Below, piece after piece: positions 9,863-18,820 of a stretch of 51,229 nt of DNA. The stretch comes from an uncultured Oscillospiraceae bacterium (lineage in GTDB: Bacteria > Bacillota > Clostridia > Christensenellales > CAG-314), in contig CAYOKR010000002.1 of NCBI GenBank assembly GCA_964404625.1, positions 1 through 51,229 of the forward strand, written 5' to 3'. Both the position numbers and the translations under genes were made by a program. The notes under the pieces are model-generated. The model did no database searches, was not told the origin of the DNA, and saw nothing but the letters and a program-made list of their open reading frames with translations. How positions within the stretch are numbered: position 1 is the stretch's first letter; each line of letters opens with the position of its first letter.

Positions 9863-10401
9863 TTTTGTTTTCCTCCATAATTTTTTGATTTCATATATTG
9901 TACCGCGGAAAACGGTTACAATTGGATTGGAGAGAGTTTCCCTGAAAAAGAAACTATCTTTTTTTGTTTGGCGGGTACAACTCCCGATTTGCTTTGTTTG
10001 TGGTAGCAAAATACCACTTGTGTTATACAATAGTTTTTGCACGACTTTTGTATTGGCGGATTGCTACTTTGTTATTTGCGCCACCAAACTTGTGTTTGGT
10101 TTGTGCGTAAACAACGTTACGGTTTTTGTCCGCTTTGTTTAGATTGTGCAATCTGCCGAATATCTAATCGGCACGCCGTCGCCACTTTGCTAACACTTAA
10201 CTGTTTTGCTTTAAAAATAAAAAATCTCGAAAGCGCACAGCAAAAGAATAATTCCAACAGAATAGAATAGTCCTTTAGCCCACAGTTTCGAGTATTCATC
10301 GCAAAAATATTCATTTAATCGCTAACTAAATACAACCTCTGGAGAATCTTCGGAGCCGTTTTACCTTGGCGAATTAACTATTCCCTGTTGTTAATGGTGA
10401 T

Positions 10402-10430
10402 ATTTTACTATAATTTAAGGGTGGTGTCAA
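10402..10430 (-). promoter_or_regulatory. sigma-A promoter upstream of the opp operon
   Basis: TTGACA-17bp-TAAAAT on the minus strand, ~530 nt before the oppA start. Confidence 0.65.
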
Positions 10431-10666
10431 CTAAATAACTCAGTTTTTACTATTTTTTTTGCATTTTTTTAAATTATTTTTAAGTTTTGCCCCTTTTTTG
10501 CGATACAACCGGCAAAGAATAACAGCATTGTGTTATTTTTGCCAGAAATTAGGCATTATATTGCCAACAAACAGCCAAAAATACTTGCAACGACGTCTAA
10601 AACGGTGGCAATGCTTATGCTAACCGCACCACTTTTGCTAAACGATACAATAATTTTACAATATGA

Positions 10667-10693
10667 ATAATCCTTGCGAATTGTTCATACAAT
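10667..10693 (+). promoter_or_regulatory. Putative sigma-E sporulation promoter of the M1 peptidase
   Basis: ATA-16bp-CATACAAT, matching the B. subtilis sigE consensus. Confidence 0.5.
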
Positions 10694-10719
10694 TTTACAA
10701 AACTATACGGGAGATTTTT

Positions 10720-12195
10720 ATGAAGAGATTTTTGTGTTGTCTTTGCGTTTTGTGTGTGGTTGCGGGACTGTTTGCCTTTGCGGGATGTTCGCCGTCCAAA
10801 ATGCAACAGGCAATCGACAGTGGCAACATTTATGATATCGTTGCGTCCTACGATGCGGAACATCACATTGTTAGCGCCACACAAACAGTCACGTTTACCA
10901 ACAACAGCGAAAACACGTTTAGCGCGGTAAAATTTCACATTTATGCCAATGCTTATCGCGAAGATGCACAAAACTGCATTGTGCCTGCAAAATACAAATC
11001 GCTTGCCTATCCCAATGGTGAGAGTTACGGTCAAATAGATTTTGACACGGTAAAAGTGGACGGAGTACCGGTTGCGTACGTTATCGAGGGGACGGATATG
11101 GACATTTTGAGCGTACCGACGGCGGAACTATATCCCGACGATAGTGTTACTATCGAAATGACCTACCAAATTCAACTTGCAAACATCCACCACCGCTTAG
11201 GCTACACCGATAATGCCGTACATCTTGGCAATTGGTACCCCGTGTTATGCGTGGTACAGAACAATCAATTTGTAACGTCACCCTACTACAACGTGGGCGA
11301 TCCGTTTGTTAGCGATGTTGCCAACTACAACGTAAAAATAATGCTACCAGCCGACTACGTTGTGGCATCCACCGGCAATATGACGGACGCAATCAACGGC
11401 GAAGACGGTATTACCTACTGCTACACTGCCAATGCGGTGCGCGATTTTGCCATTATGTCGTCGCCAAAATACAAAAAATTATCTAAAACAGTAGGCGACG
11501 CTACCGTTAGTTACTACTATTTTGCCGATGCCGAACCGGAAAAATCTTTTACAACGGCGGTTGAAAGTTTTGAGTATTTTAGTAAAAATATCGGCGAATA
11601 CCCCTACGATAACTACTCCGTTTGCGAAACGGATTTTTGCTACGGTGGTATGGAATACCCCAACGTGGTGATGGTTGCGAGCAAATCACAGGCGTATCAA
11701 CAAGCAATAGCACACGAAACGGCACACCAATGGTTCTACGGCGTGGTTGGTAACGACCAAATTGCCAACGCATGGCAGGACGAAGGCTTAGCGGAGTTTT
11801 TAACCTATCTATACATGGACGAAAGCGGAGCAGAAACGTTATCGAAAAACATTCTTGCCAACACAAAAACCTACACCACCTACGTTGACGTACTCAATCA
11901 TTTCTATACCGACGTGGAACGCAATTTCAAAAGCATTGCAGACTACAAAAACGACGGCGAATACGTTATTATGATGTACGTTAAAGGAAGTTTGCTGTTT
12001 AACACCCTGTACGAAAGCTTGGGCGAACAAAAATTTTGGAAAAGTCTCACAAACTACTACCAAACGGCGCAGTTTTCCATTGCATCGCCCACAGTGATGA
12101 GCGAGTGCTTTGCAAACGTAGGTGGTAGCCAAGTGGCAAATATCTTTACGACCTTTACGGAAGGCAAAGAAATTATCGGTCAAATGCGCGATTGA
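10720..12195 (+). CDS. M1 family zinc aminopeptidase, lipoprotein
   Basis: FAGC lipobox, GGMEYP exopeptidase motif, HETAH..DEGLA (HExxH-18-E). Confidence 0.88.
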   Translation: MKRFLCCLCVLCVVAGLFAFAGCSPSKMQQAIDSGNIYDIVASYDAEHHIVSATQTVTFTNNSENTFSAVKFHIYANAYREDAQNCIVPAKYKSLAYPNGESYGQIDFDTVKVDGVPVAYVIEGTDMDILSVPTAELYPDDSVTIEMTYQIQLANIHHRLGYTDNAVHLGNWYPVLCVVQNNQFVTSPYYNVGDPFVSDVANYNVKIMLPADYVVASTGNMTDAINGEDGITYCYTANAVRDFAIMSSPKYKKLSKTVGDATVSYYYFADAEPEKSFTTAVESFEYFSKNIGEYPYDNYSVCETDFCYGGMEYPNVVMVASKSQAYQQAIAHETAHQWFYGVVGNDQIANAWQDEGLAEFLTYLYMDESGAETLSKNILANTKTYTTYVDVLNHFYTDVERNFKSIADYKNDGEYVIMMYVKGSLLFNTLYESLGEQKFWKSLTNYYQTAQFSIASPTVMSECFANVGGSQVANIFTTFTEGKEIIGQMRD

Positions 12196-12326
12196 CCAAG
12201 ATATTGGCAAAAAACAATCAAATTGATAAATTTTGAAAAACAAAATAAGATTTTAACCAAACGCAAGATTTTGATTTGCAAACAACGTAAAACCAATACG
12301 ATATTTCGATATATAATCGTCTACAC

Positions 12327-12356
12327 AAGGGATGCCGCCAAACGGCATCCCTTTTT
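12327..12356 (+). terminator. Intrinsic terminator
   Basis: AAGGGATGCCG-CCAAA-CGGCATCCCTTTTT. Confidence 0.85.
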
Positions 12357-12628
12357 ATTATTGCACGAAAAAAAATATGTCACCTATACGTAATAGACGT
12401 TAGACAATATGGTTAGCGCAAAACTCCAAACATGCTAATTAAAAACAGTTTGCAATAATCAATCCAACGTTGAGCGATAACGTTAACGTTCACCCAAAAG
12501 TTGTCTATCCTTTGTTTCCACATTTTTAGTCCTATCATAAAATTAGCTCCGTTGAGTGATAATGTTGCGGTGCACATAATTAATGATATTTTTCAATATA
12601 TTATATATAATTCATATATTAAGTGGTA

Positions 12629-12661
12629 TTGATTTGTTCAAAAATTTGCAAATTAAGTTTG
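12629..12661. repeat. Partial copy of the dispersed intergenic repeat (core hairpin)
   Basis: TTGATTTGTTCAAAAATTTGCAAATTAAGTTTG, nearly identical to 18621-18652 and 36350-36382. Confidence 0.7.
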
Positions 12662-12791
12662 TTTGTCGAATTGTGCAACTTCTTTTTTGCGTCACAAAAC
12701 GTTATTTTGGCAAGTAAAACAATAATTTGTAAAACCGTCTTGAAAAATCGTCGGTTTTGTGGTAAAATAACGGCATAAAGGGGTGAAATAT

Positions 12792-13331
12792 ATGCGAATT
12801 TTTGTAGCATTGGAAATTCCGCAACGCACAAAGGACAATTTATCACGCTCGGCGGAGCAATTCAAACAGTTTGCAACCACAGGAACTTTTGTTACAACGC
12901 AAAACTATCACATCACGTTGCACTTTTTGGGCGAAGTTGCCGAAAGCGACCTGATGTACGTGCAAAACGCAATGGACGGTATAAAAGATATGCTCGCACC
13001 AACGCTTTCGTTGTTTCAATTTGTAACTCTGCGCGGAAGTGACGCCACTGTGGCAAAACTGCGTAACTGCTCTGTGCTTACCGAACTGCACGAAAAACTC
13101 GGCGAAAAGTTGGAGCACAACGGTTTTACCGTGGAACATCGTGCGTATCGTCCGCATATCACCATTTGCAGACGTGCAAAATTCACATTGCCTTTTACCG
13201 AAGTTACCAAAAACGTCGACGTGTTTAATGCGCCGTTTGTGGCAAACAGAGTGGTTTTATACCAAAGCGTGTTAACAAAGGACGGTCCCACCTACGAACC
13301 CTTGTACGCAATCGAACTTAGAAAAGAATAA
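12792..13331 (+). CDS. thpR: RNA 2',3'-cyclic phosphodiesterase (2H family)
   Basis: MRIFVAL start, two HxT motifs (YHITLHFLG, PHITI), C-terminal GPTYEPL. Confidence 0.88.
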   Translation: MRIFVALEIPQRTKDNLSRSAEQFKQFATTGTFVTTQNYHITLHFLGEVAESDLMYVQNAMDGIKDMLAPTLSLFQFVTLRGSDATVAKLRNCSVLTELHEKLGEKLEHNGFTVEHRAYRPHITICRRAKFTLPFTEVTKNVDVFNAPFVANRVVLYQSVLTKDGPTYEPLYAIELRKE

Positions 13332-13672
13332 CGTTTGTTTCTAAAACACAATTTGTAATATTTGAAGTTACAAGTTGTGTTTTTTTTGTTTACACCACTT
13401 TTTATTGACGACCATTTGCACAATAAACACCTTTCAATACACCATCTTTTTGCAAAAAAAATCTTTGCAAAGCATTAACGCAAAGAACGTCAAAGCAAAG
13501 GCATTTTTGATACGTTTTACCATCAAATCACGAGCAAAATACAAAAAAATGCAAAAAAAGTATCTTTATTATTGCAATAATTTACCAAAGTTTTACGTTA
13601 TTTAGATAGGATGGACGACAACGAGAGTTTCTCGCCCGAATAAATCTAAACTTAAAATAGAGAGGTAGAATT

Positions 13673-14926
13673 ATGAAAAAATTAACTTCAATACTTATCG
13701 CACTAATGCTTGTTGTCGGTGCACTTTGCGCATTGACCGCTTGCGACACCGCCAACAATGGTAAATCCACTCCTACAACGGTTATGAACGTATCACTGAA
13801 CCCCGAAGTTGAGTTTGTGTTGGACGGCAAAGGAAAGGTGCTTTCCGTAAACGCTCTCAACGAAGACGGTAACTTGATTATTACCGCATCGCTTAAAGAA
13901 AAGGACGGCGAAACAACCGACGAAAGCGATTTTGTAGGACAAACCGCCGAAGAAGCAGCCGAATTGTTTGTACAAATTTCTCACGAAATGGGATTTTTGG
14001 TAAGCGGTAACGTTGGTATCACAAATAACGACGTTAACATTTCCATCTCCGGCGAAGTTAAATCTAACGGTGAAGTCAAGGCGGAGGTAGAAAAACTTTA
14101 CAACGACGTTAAAACAACCGTAGAAGAGTACTTCACGGAAGAAAACATCAAAGCAAAAGTTGGTGAATTGCAAGTAATTGTGCAAAAAGAATTGCAAGAA
14201 CTTGTTGCACAAGCACAACCTTACGTTGATGCGACCGCACTTTCCACAATGGAATTGATTGAGCAATTGTACGAATCGCGCAAAGAAACGGCAGATATGT
14301 ACTCACAAGAACTCAAAAATGCTTACTACAGTGCAAAAGAAGCCGCTATGGACACAGCGAAAGTGGAAGCGTTGAGAAAAAAAAGCAGTGCTTTAGTACA
14401 AAAAGCGACACAAGATCTCACAGATGAATACACTAAATATATAAACACACTTGAGCAAGTACGCCTTGACAATCTTGTCTCACCTGACAGTGCATACCAG
14501 CAAGCACTAGCAACGTTCCGCGAAAAGAAAATTGAATTCTTGCAAAAACGTCAAGAACTTGCAGAAAGCGAAGTACAACTAACGGAAGAACAAATTGCCG
14601 CTTTGAATGCATTGCAAACCGCAGTTGAAAATGCAGAAACTGCACTTATAGGTTTGGGCGAAACTGCGAACGGACTTGTAGATACCGCAAAAAGTTTTGC
14701 AGAAAAAGGTTACAATACTGTAATAAGCCTAATTAAAACTTTGGATGAAAAGTTTAACGAACATTTGGAAGAAATTGAAGCCTTCCAACAAGAAGATTTG
14801 GCTAAATTTACAGCAGACTTCGAAAAGAATTACGCCGATGCAGTTGAACAAGCAAAAGCGGATTGGAAAGCAATGAAAGACAGTTTGCAACAAAAACAAG
14901 ACCAACAAGGCACAATCGAACAATAA
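13673..14926 (+). CDS. Lipoprotein with an RsgI-type extracellular domain and a helical C-terminal region
   Basis: LTAC lipobox, then VSLNPEVEFVLD..KVLSVNALNEDG resembling the RsgI juxtamembrane domain. Confidence 0.65.
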   Translation: MKKLTSILIALMLVVGALCALTACDTANNGKSTPTTVMNVSLNPEVEFVLDGKGKVLSVNALNEDGNLIITASLKEKDGETTDESDFVGQTAEEAAELFVQISHEMGFLVSGNVGITNNDVNISISGEVKSNGEVKAEVEKLYNDVKTTVEEYFTEENIKAKVGELQVIVQKELQELVAQAQPYVDATALSTMELIEQLYESRKETADMYSQELKNAYYSAKEAAMDTAKVEALRKKSSALVQKATQDLTDEYTKYINTLEQVRLDNLVSPDSAYQQALATFREKKIEFLQKRQELAESEVQLTEEQIAALNALQTAVENAETALIGLGETANGLVDTAKSFAEKGYNTVISLIKTLDEKFNEHLEEIEAFQQEDLAKFTADFEKNYADAVEQAKADWKAMKDSLQQKQDQQGTIEQ

Positions 14927-14974
14927 GCAAGAAACGTTGTTTCTTAATCAAAAATATTTTTTCTTCTTAAATTA

Positions 14975-15009
14975 AAAAGGAAGTCGAGATTGTTTCTCGA
15001 CTTCCTTTT
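14975..15009 (+). terminator. Intrinsic terminator
   Basis: AAAAGGAAGTCGAGA..TCTCGACTTCCTTTT. Confidence 0.85.
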
Positions 15010-15303
15010 GTATTATATGCCAAATATTGAAACAACATTTTTTGCAAATACAGAAAACGCCACTATCATCCACATCAAAAAAGCATCAGTTTAACAAAAT
15101 CCGTTCGTCTTACGAGGCATTAACGTTTATTGTTATTGTATAAATGATTTTTCGCACCAAAAATGCACTATCATTAAAAATAGTGCATTTAGAAATATAG
15201 TTTTATGTTATGTAACCAATAACAACAGCCTGTGAAAAAGAAAAATTCCTCAACAACAGCAACATTTGTCTGCCGATACGTCACAAACTGCAGTGCCTAA
15301 GAC

Positions 15304-18300
15304 TTACGCTTTGATATCGTCAACATCAACAACGTAACTTACGTTATCAACGGCAAACATCATGTTGGCAAGGGTATCTTTGTCGGCGTTGATACGTTCT
15401 TCAAAAATAAGCCATCTGCCTTCCGTTGCGTCGGTGCTGGGCATTGCCAAAATGATAGCAACATAAGTGCAAATTTTTAGGTCGCCTTCCAAATCGTCGT
15501 AAGCAACTTTATTGCCGTCTATCGACACGCTAACGATACCGTCGGTGTGGGTGATTGTGCAAAGTTTGCCAGTAAACGCCTTAAGGTAGTTGGATGCAGT
15601 GGTTAGAATTGCGTTGATTTTATCCTTGATAAGCAGACCAATCAAAGAGTTTTGTTCGATTGATTTACTCAAAGAGGAAATTGCACGTGCTTCCGCAGCG
15701 GCGGCGGTTGCTCTAATGCGTGCACTGCTTGCCGCAACATACACCTCCATTTGCTTGTTACGCAATGTTTCCAACTGCGTTTGACGAGTTTGCAAAAGTG
15801 CAATGTCATTTGCCTTTTGTTCCACCTGTGCCGTAGTTACCACATCTGTCGGTTTGTCCTTCAAAATGGAATACAGGTTGTCGATTTTCTCCAAAAGAGA
15901 GGCTTTTGTGGTGTCGAACTCGGCAATTACACGGCGAATATCGTCGTATCTGCCATCGTCGTCGATAGCAACAACTTTGTCGATTTCCAACCCTTTAAGT
16001 TGCAAATCCAGTTGAAGTTCTTGATAAAGCTCGGCATACTCGGTATTTTTGGTATCGTACAACCATTGAGCTTTTTCTAATTCCAAACGTTTTTTGAACA
16101 GGTCCTTTTCCAACGACTGTCTTGCTTCGGCAAGCATTTGTTTTTCGCTTTCCACGTCGCCAAGTTCGTAACGGAAGTTGGAAATTGCCTTTTCGATATC
16201 TTCGCCACCGGCATAGCGTTTTGCTCTATCGTTAGCTTCGGCAATTTGGTTTTCGTTTACTTTGATTGTACGTGACGTTTCTACAATTTCCGCACGAACG
16301 TCCGTTAGACGCGACTCTATTGTTTCCATTTGGCGCGTTACCGATTTGTACTGTTCGTAAGCGGCAGAAAGTCTACTGCCGATATCGGTAAGTTCGTCCT
16401 TGATTTTGTCATTGGTGGAAACAATCATATCTATGGATGCTTTAGAGTCGTCCAACTGTGCTTGAGTTTCGTGCAGATATGTAAGGCGAGATTTTAGCGA
16501 CGAAAGTTTGTCCTTTAACACTTCGGTGTAGCGTTTTAGTTCGGCAAGTTCCGTTTCGCTACGAACGGCATCTTGTTGAACGTCCAAAAGATACTTTGTA
16601 CCATTGTTGGAATTTAGTGCTTTGATATAGTTAAATGCCACTTCGGAGTTATTTTGCGTTACAATTTCGTTGTAACGGTTGATGATATTTGCCTTTTCTT
16701 TAGACAAAGTTTCCATTTCGGCAGAGTTAATTTCAACGTGGCGTTTGATTTCCTTTATGGCGCCTTCCAACTGATATGCCCTTTCGTAAAGCAAATCACG
16801 GTCCATCAAGTAACCTTGTATTTCCTGATCCATTTGTGCGATTTCCGCGTCGTTAAAGCTTACCGTTACGGCAAACACACTGCTTGCGTCGTCGGAATAC
16901 ACCTTTTGACTATTCAAAAACACTTCGCGTTTGAACTCTTCTTGTTTGCGCAACATTGCCTTTTCGCGTTGCATTTCCAAATTGGACTTGGCTTGTTCCA
17001 ACTGCATAATGCGGAATTTGTAGTCTTCCAAGGCGCGTTCCAAATTGCGCAATTTTTCCTGCAAGGATTGATTGATTGCTTCCAACTTGCCATATTTAGA
17101 ATCCAACACTTGCAAAATTGTGTCCTTTGCTTTGATTGGGGTTACGGCAACGTCGATTTCCGCAACGGAGCGGAAACGCTTAACTTGCGTTACCAATGCG
17201 CTTTCGCGTTCGGCAATTTGACTTTCCTTTACGGCAATTTCGCCCTGAAGTTTTTCGATTTGAGCAGTAACTTCGTCGATTTTTACATCCACACGTACAG
17301 TTTCTAACAACTCGCCTACCGATTTTGCAGGAAGATCGAATCCGTCAAGATTTTGCTTGATTTCCGCAATGTTTTGCTCGATTGTGCGCAACTTGTTTGC
17401 ACAAACGGTTTTTTCACCGATAAGACGTTGTTGTTTTTCGTTTAAAGAAAGCAATAATTCGTTAAGCGTTTTATTTTTTTCGTACAAAGACGCAATGTAT
17501 TGCAATTCGTTGTTGATTGCTTCGATACGTGCACGTCTATCTTGAACGAGCGTAAATTGGTTTTGTTTCTCGGCAAGTTGTGCCACAACGTTATCTAACT
17601 CCGCCTGGACGCTTTCAATATCCAATGTAATTTGGTAACGACGTTTTTCGTTTTCCTTGCGTTGTTCGGCAATGGCGTTTAACGTACGGATTTTTGGCAA
17701 AAACGCTACCGATTGGTCACGCAGTTGCAATTGATCACGCATTATTTGAATTTCGTCCTGACGAGCGATAAGTTGATTGTACTTTTGTTGTGCGACATCC
17801 AAATCGTTTGCTATGCTTTGGTTAAGTGCGGATGCAACTTGCTTTGCTTTTAGTTCGCCAAGTTCCGCAGTTGCAAGCGCAATTTGTTGCGATACGTTTG
17901 CAAGTTCGTTGTTGATTTGGTCGATTTGCTCGGCAGAAACGGTTGCAGGGGCATTGCTGTAGGCACGAACCTTGTCTATTGCACTTTGTTGCAACGACTT
18001 TGCTTGAGCAGAAGATTCTTCCACGAGTTGCTTCACTTCCACAAGCATTTTTATTTGGTCAAATGCAAACAAATTACCGTGAAAGTTATCTACGGCAATA
18101 TTATTAACGTAGTCCACACGAAGCATATCGGCAAGTTGCTCGTTCAATATTTGTTCGATATATTGCACTGCTTTGGTGCGTGCAACCACTTGCCAATGTC
18201 CGTCTACACGTTTTTTGAGCACAGTACGTGTGGTACCGTCTTCGTTGTGCAAACGAGCGAGAGAAAATTCGTCTTCGCCGGCAAAAAATTCCACTTCCAC

Positions 18301-18462
18301 ATCCTTGACGTTTTCCGATTGCTCCTTAAAGCAAAACTCCAAGTAAGAATTGAGTTTTCCGCCACGGGTAGTATCGATAGCCTTTCCGTCGGCAGCTGTG
18401 CCGAACGAAAAAACCTGTTTATCGCCTTGTGGATCTGTTGCGATCACTCTACAAATCTTCAT
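15304..18462 (-). CDS. SbcC/Rad50-like long coiled-coil protein with degenerate ATPase motifs
   Basis: 1052 aa; head-like N-terminus (VEVEFFAGEDEFSLAR, YIEQIL), ~800 aa coiled coil, head-like C-terminus (DDLEGD..VAIILAM..LIFEE); GAGGT RBS. Confidence 0.65.
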   Translation of the reverse strand: MKICRVIATDPQGDKQVFSFGTAADGKAIDTTRGGKLNSYLEFCFKEQSENVKDVEVEFFAGEDEFSLARLHNEDGTTRTVLKKRVDGHWQVVARTKAVQYIEQILNEQLADMLRVDYVNNIAVDNFHGNLFAFDQIKMLVEVKQLVEESSAQAKSLQQSAIDKVRAYSNAPATVSAEQIDQINNELANVSQQIALATAELGELKAKQVASALNQSIANDLDVAQQKYNQLIARQDEIQIMRDQLQLRDQSVAFLPKIRTLNAIAEQRKENEKRRYQITLDIESVQAELDNVVAQLAEKQNQFTLVQDRRARIEAINNELQYIASLYEKNKTLNELLLSLNEKQQRLIGEKTVCANKLRTIEQNIAEIKQNLDGFDLPAKSVGELLETVRVDVKIDEVTAQIEKLQGEIAVKESQIAERESALVTQVKRFRSVAEIDVAVTPIKAKDTILQVLDSKYGKLEAINQSLQEKLRNLERALEDYKFRIMQLEQAKSNLEMQREKAMLRKQEEFKREVFLNSQKVYSDDASSVFAVTVSFNDAEIAQMDQEIQGYLMDRDLLYERAYQLEGAIKEIKRHVEINSAEMETLSKEKANIINRYNEIVTQNNSEVAFNYIKALNSNNGTKYLLDVQQDAVRSETELAELKRYTEVLKDKLSSLKSRLTYLHETQAQLDDSKASIDMIVSTNDKIKDELTDIGSRLSAAYEQYKSVTRQMETIESRLTDVRAEIVETSRTIKVNENQIAEANDRAKRYAGGEDIEKAISNFRYELGDVESEKQMLAEARQSLEKDLFKKRLELEKAQWLYDTKNTEYAELYQELQLDLQLKGLEIDKVVAIDDDGRYDDIRRVIAEFDTTKASLLEKIDNLYSILKDKPTDVVTTAQVEQKANDIALLQTRQTQLETLRNKQMEVYVAASSARIRATAAAAEARAISSLSKSIEQNSLIGLLIKDKINAILTTASNYLKAFTGKLCTITHTDGIVSVSIDGNKVAYDDLEGDLKICTYVAIILAMPSTDATEGRWLIFEERINADKDTLANMMFAVDNVSYVVDVDDIKA

Positions 18463-18501
18463 ACTTACCTCGCTAATTTTGACATATCTTTTACAAATTT
18501 G

Positions 18502-18530
18502 TTGTAAAGGTAACGTTTTTGTGTTACAAT
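18502..18530 (+). promoter_or_regulatory. Putative sigma-A promoter of the dnaD-dnaC/I pair
   Basis: TTGTAA-17bp-TACAAT with extended -10 TG. Confidence 0.5.
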
Positions 18531-18605
18531 AGCAACACGACATATTTTGTTACGGTTGCGCACCGCAAACAATGTGTCCTTTTCAATACGCATTGCACAC
18601 ATAAC

Positions 18606-18756
18606 ATAAACTGTGTGATGTTGATTTGCTCAAAAATTGCAAATCAAGTTTGCTAACGCAAACACTACTTTTTAAGAAACAATAGGCATCACAATTTGAA
18701 AAACTTTGAAGTTTTGCTTGTATACGCCTACGTTACATCCGGACAAAACTTCTTGT
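18606..18756. repeat. Dispersed structured intergenic repeat, copy A
   Basis: Colinear similarity with 36334-36476: ATAAACT..TTGATTTG..CAAATCAAGTTTG..TAAC..AACAC..TTAAGAA..AAGTTTTGC.TGTATA..ACAAAA.TT.TTGT. Confidence 0.7.
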
Positions 18757-18759
18757 ACC

Positions 18760-18788
18760 ATTATATATCATAATTACAAAATAATCAA
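18760..18788 (-). promoter_or_regulatory. Putative sigma-A promoter of the SbcC-like gene
   Basis: TTGATT-17bp-TATAAT on the minus strand. Confidence 0.55.
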
Positions 18789-18820
18789 GACTTTGCAAAT
18801 AAAATTAGGTGAGGTAAACA

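Noticed and set aside
9895-9910. GTACCGCG as a T-box antiterminator
   Set aside because: Opposite strand to oppA, and lacks the preceding GGTG and stem I
10333-10350. AACCTCTGGAGA, resembling the glycine riboswitch linker
   Set aside because: Wrong strand relative to oppA, and the ACCGAAG/CUCAGG elements are missing
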